Assembly: GCA_963702845.1 (NCBI GenBank)
Contig: OY969763.1
Coordinates: forward strand, 2,112,001-2,176,000
Direction: 5' to 3'
DNA from: an uncultured Verrucomicrobiae bacterium
GTDB lineage: Bacteria; Verrucomicrobiota; Verrucomicrobiia; Limisphaerales; Palsa-1400
DNA length: 64,000 bases
Below the pieces are notes generated by a model that was not told the origin of the DNA, made no database searches, and saw nothing but the letters and a program-made list of their open reading frames with translations. This document shows, piece after piece, positions 38,723 through 49,079 of the stretch. Within the stretch, counting starts at the first letter, position 1; the number at the start of each line of letters is the position of its first letter. The translations under genes and the position numbers were made by a program.

Positions 38723-40360
38723 ATGAAGATTGCGCTGGCACAACTCAACACAACCGTAGGCGACCTGTTAGGAAACGAGGCCAAAATCCTCAGTGCCTAC
38801 CAACGCGCCTGCGATCTCGGCGCCGAGTTGGTCGTTTTCCCTGAACTAACAACCGTCGGTTATCCACCGCGTGATCTGCTTCTCAAAAAAGATCTCGTCG
38901 CAAAAAACCTCGCGATGCTCAATCGCCTCGCCGGCGCGACTAAATCAACTGCCATACTCATCGGCTACGTCGCCGAACATAAAGACCAGCCTGGCCGCGA
39001 TCTCACCAACGAAGTCGCATTGCTCCAGGACGGCAAAATCGTCGCCGCTCGTACAAAAACTCTATTACCAACCTACGATGTATTCGATGAAGACCGCTAC
39101 TTCGAACCCGCGATCACCAATCCGCCCGTCGCCTTCGGTAAAAAATCTCTCGGCCTCACCATCTGCGAAGACATTTGGAACGACGAAGATTTCTGGCCGC
39201 AACGTCGCTATCGCGCCAACCCGGTCAGCAGCCTTCTGAAATCCGGAGTTGAAATAATCTTCAATGTCTCCGCCTCACCGTGGAGTCTCGGCAAAGACAA
39301 AGTTCGTTACGAAATGCTTTCCAGCATCGCGCGCAAATCCGGCAAACCGGTTGTCCTTTGCAATCTCGTCGGCGGCAACGACGAACTCGTCTTCGACGGC
39401 AATAGCCTGGTATTCAATGGAGCAGGGGGCCTCATCGCAAAAGCCAAAGCCTTCGACGAAGATTTCCTTTTCGTCGACACGCAAACATCCCCAGCCATAA
39501 AGCTGCCAGTCGTTTTCGACGAGGAAAACATTCACAACGCACTCGTCCTCGGTCTGCGAGATTATTTTCAAAAGTGCGGTTTCAAATCCGCTGTCCTTGG
39601 TCTCAGCGGCGGCATCGACTCTGCCCTCGTCGCGTATCTCGCAGCCAAAGCTCTTGGAGCCGAAAACGTTCACGGCATTTCGTTGCCTTCGCAATTCTCC
39701 TCCAAAGGCAGTTTGGACGACGCTCGCGAGCTGGCGAGAAATCTGGGGATCCAATACGACGTCATTCCCATTCAAACCGCTTTCGAATGCGCTAAAGCCC
39801 AGCTAAAACCGCTCTTCGGCGGCAAACCCGAAGACGCCACCGAAGAAAACATCCAGGCCCGGCTCCGCGGCGTCTTGCTCATGGGGCTATCAAACAAGTT
39901 CGGCTCACTCCTGCTCACCACCGGGAACAAAAGCGAACTCGCCGTTGGTTACTGCACGCTTTACGGCGACATGTGCGGCGGCCTCGCCGTCATCAGCGAC
40001 GTTCCGAAAACAATGGTCTACCGTCTCTCCAAATGGATTAATCGCGACCGCGAAATCATTCCGTTGTCGTCAATCTCCAAAGCTCCCTCTGCTGAATTAC
40101 GTCCGGACCAAACCGACCAGGACACATTGCCGCCGTACGAAACGCTCGACGCCATTCTCGATCACTACGTTGTCCACGGACGTTCACTACCGGAAATTAC
40201 CGGGCTCGGCTTCGACCGCGAAACCGTCCGTAAAATAATCCGCATGATCGACGTGAACGAATACAAACGCCGCCAGGCCGCACCGGGATTGAAAGTAACT
40301 ACAAAAGCCTTTGGAGTAGGCCGAAGATTCCCCATCGCCCAACGCTACCGCGAAGAATAA
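38723..40360 (+). CDS. nadE: Glutamine-dependent NAD+ synthetase
   Basis: Nitrilase domain (FPEL, KTLLPTYDVFDEDRYF, ICEDIW) plus LGLSGGIDS, ENIQARLR, TGNKSE, PSAELRPDQ, EYKRRQA. Confidence 0.97.
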   Translation: MKIALAQLNTTVGDLLGNEAKILSAYQRACDLGAELVVFPELTTVGYPPRDLLLKKDLVAKNLAMLNRLAGATKSTAILIGYVAEHKDQPGRDLTNEVALLQDGKIVAARTKTLLPTYDVFDEDRYFEPAITNPPVAFGKKSLGLTICEDIWNDEDFWPQRRYRANPVSSLLKSGVEIIFNVSASPWSLGKDKVRYEMLSSIARKSGKPVVLCNLVGGNDELVFDGNSLVFNGAGGLIAKAKAFDEDFLFVDTQTSPAIKLPVVFDEENIHNALVLGLRDYFQKCGFKSAVLGLSGGIDSALVAYLAAKALGAENVHGISLPSQFSSKGSLDDARELARNLGIQYDVIPIQTAFECAKAQLKPLFGGKPEDATEENIQARLRGVLLMGLSNKFGSLLLTTGNKSELAVGYCTLYGDMCGGLAVISDVPKTMVYRLSKWINRDREIIPLSSISKAPSAELRPDQTDQDTLPPYETLDAILDHYVVHGRSLPEITGLGFDRETVRKIIRMIDVNEYKRRQAAPGLKVTTKAFGVGRRFPIAQRYREE

Positions 40361-40364
40361 TTGA

Positions 40365-40401
40365 GGTAGTACGTGTCGCTCCGCGCGCGCCGTGGGCTAC
40401 C
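40365..40401. repeat. GGTAG...CTACC REP-like element between convergent genes
   Basis: GGTAGTACGTGTCGCTCCGCGCGCGCCGTGGGCTACC. Confidence 0.45.
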
Positions 40402-40786
40402 TTAACAACTGATAAATCAAAGCCACCTGTCCCAGCGACAACGCCCCTAATGCAATCCACGTCAATATCTCCCGCGTCATCAAACTTTTTTGCCGCACCG
40501 CCTCAAAACTGAATCGCATTTTCACCGCTCCCGCTTCAATCAAATCGCCCTCACGTAACGCAGTTTCATTCACCTTTGCGCCGTTCACCACCGTGATAGC
40601 TTTGGGATTCGCAGTGAGCACCAACGACTGCGTCGTCGGCCATGAAATCGTGAAGTGCTGCTCCCAAACGCCGGAGTCCTCGAGCGCCAAAGAAGAAACT
40701 GCTGTGCGCCCAACCGCAAACGGCAGCTTTGAAATAGAGATGGTTGCGCCAGCCTTTTTTCCGGAAAGGATGTGCAGTTGGATCAT
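40397..40786 (-). CDS. FHA-domain protein with C-terminal membrane helix
   Basis: LPFAVGR, L.LEDSGVWEQH, VVNG, LREGDLIEAG. Confidence 0.8.
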   Translation of the reverse strand: MIQLHILSGKKAGATISISKLPFAVGRTAVSSLALEDSGVWEQHFTISWPTTQSLVLTANPKAITVVNGAKVNETALREGDLIEAGAVKMRFSFEAVRQKSLMTREILTWIALGALSLGQVALIYQLLR

Positions 40787-41416
40787 TTAGAACCAGCGGC
40801 GGGGCACTTCGACCGTGTCACCGGGATATACCTGTGGATCTTTTTCCGGATGGTCGATTGCCTGGTTCCAGTTGACGATTTCAACTTTTCCGGTCGAACG
40901 GATCAATTTAATCTTCTTACGATTCGCGTATTCAGTGAAACCTTGTGCCGCCTGGATGGCGCGCGTCACCGTGATCCCGCCGATATATTCATGCCGATCC
41001 GCTTTATTGACCTCGCCGCCGACATAAAAAAAACGTGTATCCGGCTCAACCGTCACGCCGAGTGTCTTGTAATAGTCCGGCACGTACTTGTCATAAATGA
41101 CCTGTTCCAATTCCTTCGTCGTTTTCCCCGCAGCCGGGATAGCTGGGAAATAGGGCAGGGCGATTGTCCCGTCCTCCTTCACCGTCACCTTATGATCCTG
41201 CGGCAAATTGGCTTGGCCCGACCGCGACGGCGGCACCAACGTAATCTTCACCGTATCACCCACACGCAACGGGATGCGATCCGCCGATGGCACATTCTTG
41301 CCCTCGGCTTTGGCACTGGCCGGTTGGCCGATCGTCGCGCATCCGGCGAACAGAATGCTCGCGCAAAACAGTGCTGCAATTGCGTAACCTGGTAACTTTC
41401 TCAACATCGGCATCAT
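40787..41416 (-). CDS. Polysaccharide export lipoprotein (Wza-like, SLBB domain)
   Basis: Lipobox FAGC; LRVGD, VKEDGTIALP, AAGKT, FYVGGEV, GFTEYAN, PGDTVEVP. Confidence 0.88.
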   Translation of the reverse strand: MMPMLRKLPGYAIAALFCASILFAGCATIGQPASAKAEGKNVPSADRIPLRVGDTVKITLVPPSRSGQANLPQDHKVTVKEDGTIALPYFPAIPAAGKTTKELEQVIYDKYVPDYYKTLGVTVEPDTRFFYVGGEVNKADRHEYIGGITVTRAIQAAQGFTEYANRKKIKLIRSTGKVEIVNWNQAIDHPEKDPQVYPGDTVEVPRRWF

Positions 41417-41421
41417 ATCTA

Positions 41422-43606
41422 TCAGACTGCGTAATCTAGGTACTTTTGTTTAATTTCTGGAGCCGCCTCACTCAGCTTTACTACCGTATTTTCCTTACCG
41501 GTCGCATACTCGTAGTAACCGCTGTAGTAATAATAATTCTGATCCTGGCTCACGTTAATATTGTTCAGCACGATGCCCAGCAAATTCCCGCCAACTTTCA
41601 AAATCGTCTGCTTGGCGCGAATCGTCATCGGCTGCGGATAGCGGCGATATTGGATGACTTGCAACACCATGTCCATCTCGCTTGCCAGAATGCTCGCATC
41701 ACTCACACCCAGCAACGGCGGTGAATCGAAGAACACGAAGTCATACCGGCGTTTCACTTCCTGAATCAGTTCCTTCATCTGCGGCGAGCTCAAAATGCCC
41801 ATCGAACTGCTCGGCAACTTGCCACTCGCAATAAAGTCCAGCGTCGGCAATTTCGTGTGCTGAATCACTTCCTCCAACTGCTTCTGCTTGAGCAACACCG
41901 AAGTGAGCCCATTCGTGTTTTCCACGTGCATCAATTTGTGGATGCTCGGACGACGTAAATCCGAATCAATCACCAACACGCGATCCCCGCTCTGCGCGAA
42001 AATCGTCGCCAGATTGAACAACGTCGTCGACTTGCCTTCGCCAGCGCCACCGCTGAGCACCGACAACGTCTTAAGTTTGTCGTCCTTGCGCGAGAACAAC
42101 ACCTGCGTGCGCAACACCCGATACGCTTCAGCATGCGGACTGTCCGCACCGAGTTCCATCAGGTTGCCAACGTGCTGAGGAATGACCCCGAGCACTGGCG
42201 CCTGCAACGCGCGTTCCACGTCGTCGATCGTCTTCACGCTCGTATCGAGATATTCAATGAAGAACGCCAGGCCGATGCCGACAATCAATCCAACAATGAC
42301 ACCCAAAACAATATTCAGCATTACGTTCGGGCTCACCGGCTTTGACGCGGACGCGGGAGTCGCCGCATCGCGAACGACGACGATCGATTGCAGTGGCTGA
42401 TCATATTCCGCCTTCATCGTGTTCACGCGAAAACGCAAGTCGTCACGCACGCGGCGGGTGCTTTCCAATTCGTTCTTCGCGATCGGATACGCCTGCGTCT
42501 TGATCAACTTTTCGTTACGGCTTTTCGTAGCGTCATCGATCTGCTTGTCATATTCCAGCAACGCAGCCTTTTCGTTGGCTACGCGCTGTTGCAAACCAGC
42601 CAGCAAACCATCGATCTTCGCGTCCAACTGCTGTTGCGTGCGTTCCAACAACGCTTTCGCCGTCTTAAATTCAGGATTCTGTTCTCCCAAACTTTCCTTC
42701 AACGCGGTGACCTTCTGCTCCGCTTCGGCCCATTCCGAACTGAGCGTCACTAAACACAGGATCAAGCTGGCGCGGATAAGCCGACGTCAAACCCGTGCGC
42801 AACTGGTCCCGAGTCATCTTATTCAAACCGATAAGAATCTGATTGTCTTCCGTATAATCACGCGCCTGCGAACTGCGCGCGAACGCGAGGTTCTTGATCG
42901 TTTCCGTCTCAATCGTCGTGCTGACGTAAGGATTGTCCTGCACTTCCGAAATCCCCATTTCCGACCGCATCTTCGCCAAATCGCTTTCAGCCTTATTGAT
43001 CTGCGCCGTTTGCAGCTCCACCTGATCCTGCAGCGACTTCATACCGGGCGTATGTTCGTCTCGCCATTCATTGATGCGCGATTCCTTGTAACTATCCGCA
43101 ATCGAATTCGCGATCTTCGCCGCCAGGAACCGGTCGCTATTACGCACCCAGATTTCAATCAAGCTCGTGTTACGCGCCGGTTGCACCTTCACCAATTTCG
43201 ACAAATATAAGTAAGTCGTCTCCGCGTCCCACCTTTCTTCGCCCGCTTGCTTGGCCAGAATCGTGTCCAACCCAACCATCCCTTTATATTCCAAATTTTT
43301 GATCACCGGCTCCAGAATCGAGCGCGACTCAATCTTGCGGAACTCCGTCTGAATCCAGTAAGGGTCATAGCCCATACTCATATTGCCCATTCCGGTCATC
43401 GAAACCGACGCGTGCGACCGGTTCACCTCGATACACACCATGCTGGCATATTGCGGTTGGAGAACGAACTTCGTGAAGAGCGTGGTGGTGATGACTACCA
43501 GGAAGAACACCGTCAGAATCAGGGCTTTGCGCATTCTGATAATGCGCCAGTAATCCAAAAAGTGCAGTTTATTCTCTGGTGTTTCGGTCGTGTTAATAGG
43601 GTCCAT
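41422..43606 (-). CDS. Polysaccharide co-polymerase / tyrosine autokinase, Wzc-like (frameshift near 42752)
   Basis: LHFLDYWRII N-terminus; AEAYRVLRT, GEGKST, IDSDLRRP, FDSPP, Tyr cluster NYYYYSGYYEY. Confidence 0.9.
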
Positions 43607-43916
43607 AACCTGATCTTGACATCACATCGCAGACTTGGAACCACGACGTGGCGGACAGGTTCGTCTTGATGGGGGTAAACGTCAAATTTAATTTTAGGTT
43701 TCTTCCTACCTCCACATCGGGGAAAACCACTCCGGTTCCGAGCCTCGGCCACCAATACTCTCCATCTTCTTCCCCTTACCGACTCACAGACTCACGAATT
43801 TCGTTCTACACCCAACCGCGTGATACTCCTACACCCCTCACTATTGACACCATCTGCAAATTTCCTTATCCATTCCCGCGTCAAGGATTCGGTTTAACAA
43901 ACAAAAGGATATAAAT

Positions 43917-44621
43917 ATGGAATACTCTCAGGCCCCTATGGTCGTGGCGGACGCACCCGCTGATGCACGTGCTGCGTTTATTCGCCGCACCTACAGTCAT
44001 CTAGCTGGCGCGATTTTTGCCTTCATCGCCCTTGAAATCGCATTCTTCAGTCTCGGCCTGCCAGAGCCGTTCACTAAGACCATCTTTTCTGCCCCATTCG
44101 GATGGCTGATCGTGCTTGGCTCATTCATCGGCGTTTCCTGGCTGGCTGAATACTGGGCCAATTCCAACACCTCCATCAAAACCCAATACATAGGCCTCGG
44201 TCTTTACGTTGTTGCCGAAGCCGTCATCTTCATGCCGCTGCTCTACATGGCTGTAAGCTACTCATCTCCCGATGTCATTCCGACGGCTGCTTTGATCACC
44301 GGCCTGCTTTTCGGCGGCCTGACCTACACCGCGTTCACCGTGAAAACTGACTTCTCCTTTTTGGGCGGAGCCCTCAAAATCGGCGGTTTTGTTGCATTAG
44401 GCGTCATTGTCGGCGCGTGTATCTGGGGCTTTACCCTCGGTCTGCTCTTCTCGAGCGTAATGGTCGTTTTTGCAGGCGGCTGTATTCTTTACACGACCAG
44501 CAACATCCTGCACCGCTACAACACCAACCAACACGTTGCCGCCTCCCTGTCATTATTCGCCGCCGTCGCGTTGATGTTCTGGTACATCCTGCGCATCCTC
44601 ATGCGCTTCACGCGCCGCTAA
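43917..44621 (+). CDS. Bax inhibitor-1/YccA family membrane protein
   Basis: RAAFIRRTYSHL, KTDFSFLG, ILYTTSNILH, ASLSLFAAV; 7-TM pattern. Confidence 0.9.
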   Translation: MEYSQAPMVVADAPADARAAFIRRTYSHLAGAIFAFIALEIAFFSLGLPEPFTKTIFSAPFGWLIVLGSFIGVSWLAEYWANSNTSIKTQYIGLGLYVVAEAVIFMPLLYMAVSYSSPDVIPTAALITGLLFGGLTYTAFTVKTDFSFLGGALKIGGFVALGVIVGACIWGFTLGLLFSSVMVVFAGGCILYTTSNILHRYNTNQHVAASLSLFAAVALMFWYILRILMRFTRR

Positions 44622-44666
44622 TTTGATACGTAGCAGCCGACGTGAAAGGCTGAGATTTAACAACAC

Positions 44667-44701
44667 ACGCCTGACCGTGTTCAAAGCCGGTCAGGCGTTT
44701 T
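44667..44701 (+). terminator. Intrinsic terminator
   Basis: ACGCCTGACCG...CGGTCAGGCGT followed by T run. Confidence 0.7.
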
Positions 44702-44745
44702 CGCGTACGCAACAGGCGCCGGGTTGCAGTTTTAAAAATATCATC

Positions 44746-44840
44746 GAAATGTTTCTACTTCTGGCAACTTCCTTCTACTTTCGGCAATTAGTTGCCAAAT
44801 GGAGAAATTTAGTAGAAGGAAATGTTTCTACTTTTGTCAA
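44746..44840. repeat. AT-rich array of TTCTACT and GGCAA motifs in direct and inverted orientation
   Basis: TTCTACTT at 44753, 44773, 44826; AGTAGAA at 44811; GAAATGTTTCTACTT occurs twice; CCGGGTTGCA on both flanks. Confidence 0.65.
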
Positions 44841-45122
44841 AGATCATCTCCGGGTTGCACTTCAACCCGTAGCCGGTAAGGGCCGGCAGCCGAAGGAGTT
44901 ATAACAGTGAAGAGACGGCCTGTCAAAAGATGTGCCGTTACGCCATTCCGGACCGAGAGTGGCAATGATGGCACCCTGGGATTCTAGCCGGGTCATCGTC
45001 GCATTCATCAAGTGTAGTGCTTGTGCGGTTTAGCCCGAACCCGCGTTGCTGTTTAACCACCAACGAAAGTTACGCCCGTTATCCAATGTCTGTTATACGA
45101 AAACGGGGCGTACGTTTTTAGT

Positions 45123-46139
45123 ATGATGACGAAAATGACGGCTGTGCAGGTCAGCAAAGCGGGTGGGGATTTTGAAGTGGTGGAACGTAATATTCCGGAA
45201 CCGGGTCCCGGGCAGGTGCGGGTGAAGGTGGAGGCTTGTGGAATTTGTCACAGCGATGTGCTGGTTAAGGAGGGATTGTGGCCGGGGATCCAGTATCCGC
45301 GAGTGCCGGGCCATGAAATTGCTGGACGTATCGATGCGATCGGCGCGGGTGTGACGGAATGGAAGGGCGGACAACAGGTAGGCGTCGGCTGGCATGGCGG
45401 ACATTGTTTTGTTTGTGAGCAGTGCAGGCGTGGTGATTTCGCGATGTGTGCCCGACGTAAAATCACCGGGATCGATTTGGACGGTGGTTATGCCGAATAC
45501 ATGATCGCGCGCGCGGAAAGTCTTGCGGCGGTCCCAGATAATTTGCCGCCGGAAGAAGTCGGGCCGTTTATGTGTGCTGGGGTGACGGTCTTTAATGCGT
45601 TGCTGAATTCAGGGGCGCGCGCCGGCGATTTGGTGGCGGTGCTCGGAATTGGCGGGCTTGGACATTTGGGTGTGCAATATGCGCGTCAGATGGGCTTTGA
45701 AACGGTGGCGGTGGGGCGCGGGAAAGACAAGGAACCGCTGGCGCGGAAGCTGGGAGCGCATCATTATATCGATTCGGGTGCGTCCGATGCTGCGGTCGAA
45801 TTGCAAAAGCTCGGCGGAGCGCGGGTGATTTTGGCGACAGCACCGAACGCAAAGGCGATTTCCTCTATGATAGAAGGTTTGGGAGCGAATGGGAAGATAG
45901 TGGTTCCAGCGGCGCCGTCGGATCCGTTGACGGTAAGCGTAATGCCATTGATCAGCGGACGGCTGTGCTTGTGCGGCATCTACTCAGGCACGGCGAGAGA
46001 CTCTCAAGACACTTTGGAATTCAGTTTGTTGAAGGACGTGCATCCGATGATTGAGAAGTTTCCGTTGGCTCGCGCGGCGGAAGCTTATGAACGGATGAAT
46101 AGCGGGAAGGCACGTTTCCGCGCGGTGTTGACGATGTAG
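45123..46139 (+). CDS. Zinc-dependent alcohol dehydrogenase (MDR family)
   Basis: CGICHSD, PGHE, CFVCEQCRRGDFAMC, CAGVT, GIGGLGH. Confidence 0.93.
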   Translation: MMTKMTAVQVSKAGGDFEVVERNIPEPGPGQVRVKVEACGICHSDVLVKEGLWPGIQYPRVPGHEIAGRIDAIGAGVTEWKGGQQVGVGWHGGHCFVCEQCRRGDFAMCARRKITGIDLDGGYAEYMIARAESLAAVPDNLPPEEVGPFMCAGVTVFNALLNSGARAGDLVAVLGIGGLGHLGVQYARQMGFETVAVGRGKDKEPLARKLGAHHYIDSGASDAAVELQKLGGARVILATAPNAKAISSMIEGLGANGKIVVPAAPSDPLTVSVMPLISGRLCLCGIYSGTARDSQDTLEFSLLKDVHPMIEKFPLARAAEAYERMNSGKARFRAVLTM

Positions 46140-46151
46140 AAACAAATCCGG

Positions 46152-47081
46152 TTAATGCAAAGATTGGCGTTGCAAGAATTCTTGTGTCAAACGGATGACC
46201 TCGGGCGCCTGCTCGTCTAAAGCGAAGTGCCCGGCATCCAGGATATGCACCTCGGCGGCTGGAACGTCTTTACGATATGCTTCGGCGCCTGCGACGACGA
46301 ATGAGGGATCGTAACGGCCCCACAGGACAAGCGTGGGAGGCTGGTGTTCACGGAGCCATTTTTGCCAGGAAGGATATGCTTTGAGATTGTTCTGATAGTC
46401 GTAGAACAGGTCCATTTGGATGTCGGGTTGGCCGGGTTGGTTCAGGAAATAAAATTCATCGGTCCATGTGTCGGGATCGATGTGCTCGTGGTGCGGCGAA
46501 GAACCGATGTGCCGATTTCGTGTGCTTTGCACTGAGAGAAAACCGCGCCGCATCTCGGCTTCGTGTGCTGATCGATTTTTCCAGAATTCTTTTCTCGACG
46601 CCCAAATATGAGAGAGCCCTTCTTCGTGTGAAACAGCGTTTTGGATGATCAGCGCGTGGACTTTTTCGGGATGCGCTAAAGCCATCCGCATGCCGACCGG
46701 TCCGCCGTAGTCGTGCAAGAAAAGTGTGTAGCGCTCCAGATGCAGTTTTGCGGTGAAGTCCTGCATGATTTGCGCGATGTGGTCAAAGGTGTAGCGGAAG
46801 GATTTTGGATCCGGCCACGATGAATGACCGAAGCCGGGATAGTCCGGAGCGATCAATCGATAGTCGTTTGTCAGGGAGGATTCCAGCATCGGCTGGTACA
46901 TCCGCGACGAAGTCGGGACACCGTGCAGCAGGAGCAAAACCGGCGCATCTTTCGGCCCCGCTTCACGATAGAAGATATCAACATCATCGACGCGAACAGT
47001 GTGATACGTAACGGCGGCTTCAGATGAGATCAACGCTACGTTCATAAAAATAAAAGCGATCGATGCCAGAATGATTTTCAT
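46152..47081 (-). CDS. Alpha/beta hydrolase (epoxide hydrolase/haloalkane dehalogenase-like)
   Basis: LLHGVPTSS, APDYPGFG, HDYGGPVG, WGRYDP, DAGHFALD. Confidence 0.9.
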   Translation of the reverse strand: MKIILASIAFIFMNVALISSEAAVTYHTVRVDDVDIFYREAGPKDAPVLLLLHGVPTSSRMYQPMLESSLTNDYRLIAPDYPGFGHSSWPDPKSFRYTFDHIAQIMQDFTAKLHLERYTLFLHDYGGPVGMRMALAHPEKVHALIIQNAVSHEEGLSHIWASRKEFWKNRSAHEAEMRRGFLSVQSTRNRHIGSSPHHEHIDPDTWTDEFYFLNQPGQPDIQMDLFYDYQNNLKAYPSWQKWLREHQPPTLVLWGRYDPSFVVAGAEAYRKDVPAAEVHILDAGHFALDEQAPEVIRLTQEFLQRQSLH

Positions 47082-47096
47082 TTGGTTTTCTGAACA

Positions 47097-47612
47097 TCAG
47101 TCGTGTGACGGTTCGATCTCAAAGAGAGTGTCGACCACCAACGGCGCATTCAGCGGCAGGCTTTGAACGCCGTAAACCAAACGGGTATGGCCTAGTTTTG
47201 GACCGAAAATTTGGGCGAACAAATCCGACGCGCCATCTGCAACAATAGCGTGCTCGGTGAATTGCTCTGTTGCCGACATCAAGACCGTCAGTTTGACGAG
47301 TTTGATGAGACGATTCAGGTCGCCGAGATGTTGTTTGGCTGCTGCGAGAGCGTTGAGGGAAGCGATTCTCGCGGCTTCCTGGCCTTGCTTGACCGACACG
47401 TTGTCACCAAGTCGGCCCACGATGGTGAGCTTACGATTTATAACGGGCAAAATGCCGCTCAGGAACAGCAGATTGCCGACGTCGGAAGATTCGACGTAGT
47501 TGCCCAGCGGCGTTGGTGGCGCGGGCAAGGTTATACCGAGCTCATTAAGCCGCGATATTACGTCAACCGTTGCTATATCATTACCACTTCGCTCCAGCAT
47601 GTGCTCCTCCAT
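47097..47612 (-). CDS. RidA/YjgF family protein (start uncertain)
   Basis: LGITLPAPPTPLGNYV, LLFLSG, ADGASDL, GHTR...GVQSLP. Confidence 0.85.
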   Translation of the reverse strand: MEEHMLERSGNDIATVDVISRLNELGITLPAPPTPLGNYVESSDVGNLLFLSGILPVINRKLTIVGRLGDNVSVKQGQEAARIASLNALAAAKQHLGDLNRLIKLVKLTVLMSATEQFTEHAIVADGASDLFAQIFGPKLGHTRLVYGVQSLPLNAPLVVDTLFEIEPSHD

Positions 47613-48307
47613 CGATCCGAATATTTTCTCCGTTTACCATCGTTGCTGATTGCAAATAGAAGACGGCGTCGACAATGTCCGAGATCTGCACCAGTCGCGG
47701 CACAGGGTGCAATTTTTTCAGAAGCTCGTGATCGTCCTTGTCGTGCATCGGTGTATCGACAACGCCGGGCGAAATGGTGTTGAAGCGGTGCGACAAATTC
47801 CATCGCCAAAGCGCGACTGAACGCCGGGATGGTCGACTTGGTGAGAACGGCCAACGCGATGTGTGCACCAGCCAACGGTTGATCGGTCAAAACCGTGGAG
47901 ATGCCAACGACGTGACCTGATTTCTGTTTCCGCATGTGCGGGACGACCTGTTGTGTAAGGAAAAAATAACCGGCAACATTGGTCGCGATCATGAGTTCGA
48001 AATCAGCTGGAGAATAATCAGTGAAGGGTTTGGAAAGGTAGATGCCGGCGCTGTTAACGAGGAGATCGACACGCCCAAACTGTTTGATTGCTGCGTCGAC
48101 AACTTTGATCGCGATCTCCTTGTCGCCAATGTTGCCGTCGACCAAGGCGAGATTTTCGGACGGTTTTAATTCTTTTGAGCGGCTGATCGTCCGCGAATTT
48201 GCGACAACAGAATAGTCATGTTGCAGAAGCGCGCGGGTGATGCCCAATCCAATGCCACTGGATGCACCAGTGACGATTGCAACGGAATTGTTTTTTTGAT
48301 CCCCCAT
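47581..48307 (-). CDS. SDR family oxidoreductase (small deletion/frameshift near 47790)
   Basis: VTGASSGIG, DLLVNSAG, ALAMEF, then in another frame FNTISPGVVDTP and GENIRIDGG. Confidence 0.82.
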
Positions 48308-48386
48308 AACTTCCAGACACAATAGTTGTTCGCGTATTGAAATGACTGCGCAACCTCAGGCTCACGTTGCCTAAAACGAAGTACCG

Positions 48387-49079
48387 TTAAGCGTGAACCA
48401 TCTGCTCCTTGAGTTGCGCGAGAAGATTCCTGGCCGTGACGGTTGAGGAGGCTGGGTTCTGTCCAGTAATGAGGCGGCCATCCACGATCGAAAAGGGCTG
48501 CCAATTGGGGACCTTTTCGAATTTGGCTCCGAGGCGTTTCAGTTCATCCTCGACGAGGAAGGGAACAACTTTGGTGAGCTGAACCTCTGCTTCCTCTTCA
48601 TTCGTAAATCCAGTTACGCGCTTTCCCTTTACGAGAGGTTGCCCCTGGTATTTGACATGACGGAGCACGCCTGGAGAATGACAGACAAGCGCGATCAGCT
48701 TGCCGGAGTTGTAAAACGACTCGAGCAATGTGATCGAGTTCGGGTCCTCCGCCAGATCCCACATGGGACCGTGCCCGCCCGGATAGAAGACGGTGTCGAA
48801 ATCTTCGGATTTTACATCCGCAAGGCGGACGGTGTGCGCGAGTGCCTCTTGCGCAGTTTTATCCTTTTTGAATCGCGTCATTGCAGGCGTTTGATTTTCG
48901 GGAAGGTCACTTACTGGATCGACCGGCGGCTGGCCGCCTTTGGGCGAAGCCAGCGTCAGTTCGACACCTGCGTCTTTGAAAACGAAATAAGGGGCCGCGA
49001 ATTCTTCCAACCAAAAACCGGTCTTACGGCCGGTGTTGCCGAGTGTATCGTGGGAGGTTATGACCATCAAAATCTTCAT
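48387..49079 (-). CDS. DJ-1/PfpI family (Hsp31/glyoxalase III-like) protein
   Basis: TGFWLEEFAAPY, PGGHGPMWDL, VCHSP, ITGQNPAS. Confidence 0.92.
   Translation of the reverse strand: MKILMVITSHDTLGNTGRKTGFWLEEFAAPYFVFKDAGVELTLASPKGGQPPVDPVSDLPENQTPAMTRFKKDKTAQEALAHTVRLADVKSEDFDTVFYPGGHGPMWDLAEDPNSITLLESFYNSGKLIALVCHSPGVLRHVKYQGQPLVKGKRVTGFTNEEEAEVQLTKVVPFLVEDELKRLGAKFEKVPNWQPFSIVDGRLITGQNPASSTVTARNLLAQLKEQMVHA

Noticed and set aside
44746..44840. TTTCTACT resembling the Cas12a direct-repeat stem
   Set aside because: No regular repeat-spacer units, no GTAGAT partner arm in each unit, and no cas genes in the window
44900..45120. Possible riboswitch or tRNA upstream of the alcohol dehydrogenase
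   Set aside because: Some hairpins are present (e.g. TACGCCCGTT/AACGGGGCGTA) but no recognisable aptamer or cloverleaf consensus; an Rfam scan would be needed
44700..45120. Chromosomal oriC at the C-to-G skew switch
   Set aside because: No DnaA-box cluster (TTATCCACA) or dnaA/dnaN seen, and the skew changes sign more than once in the window
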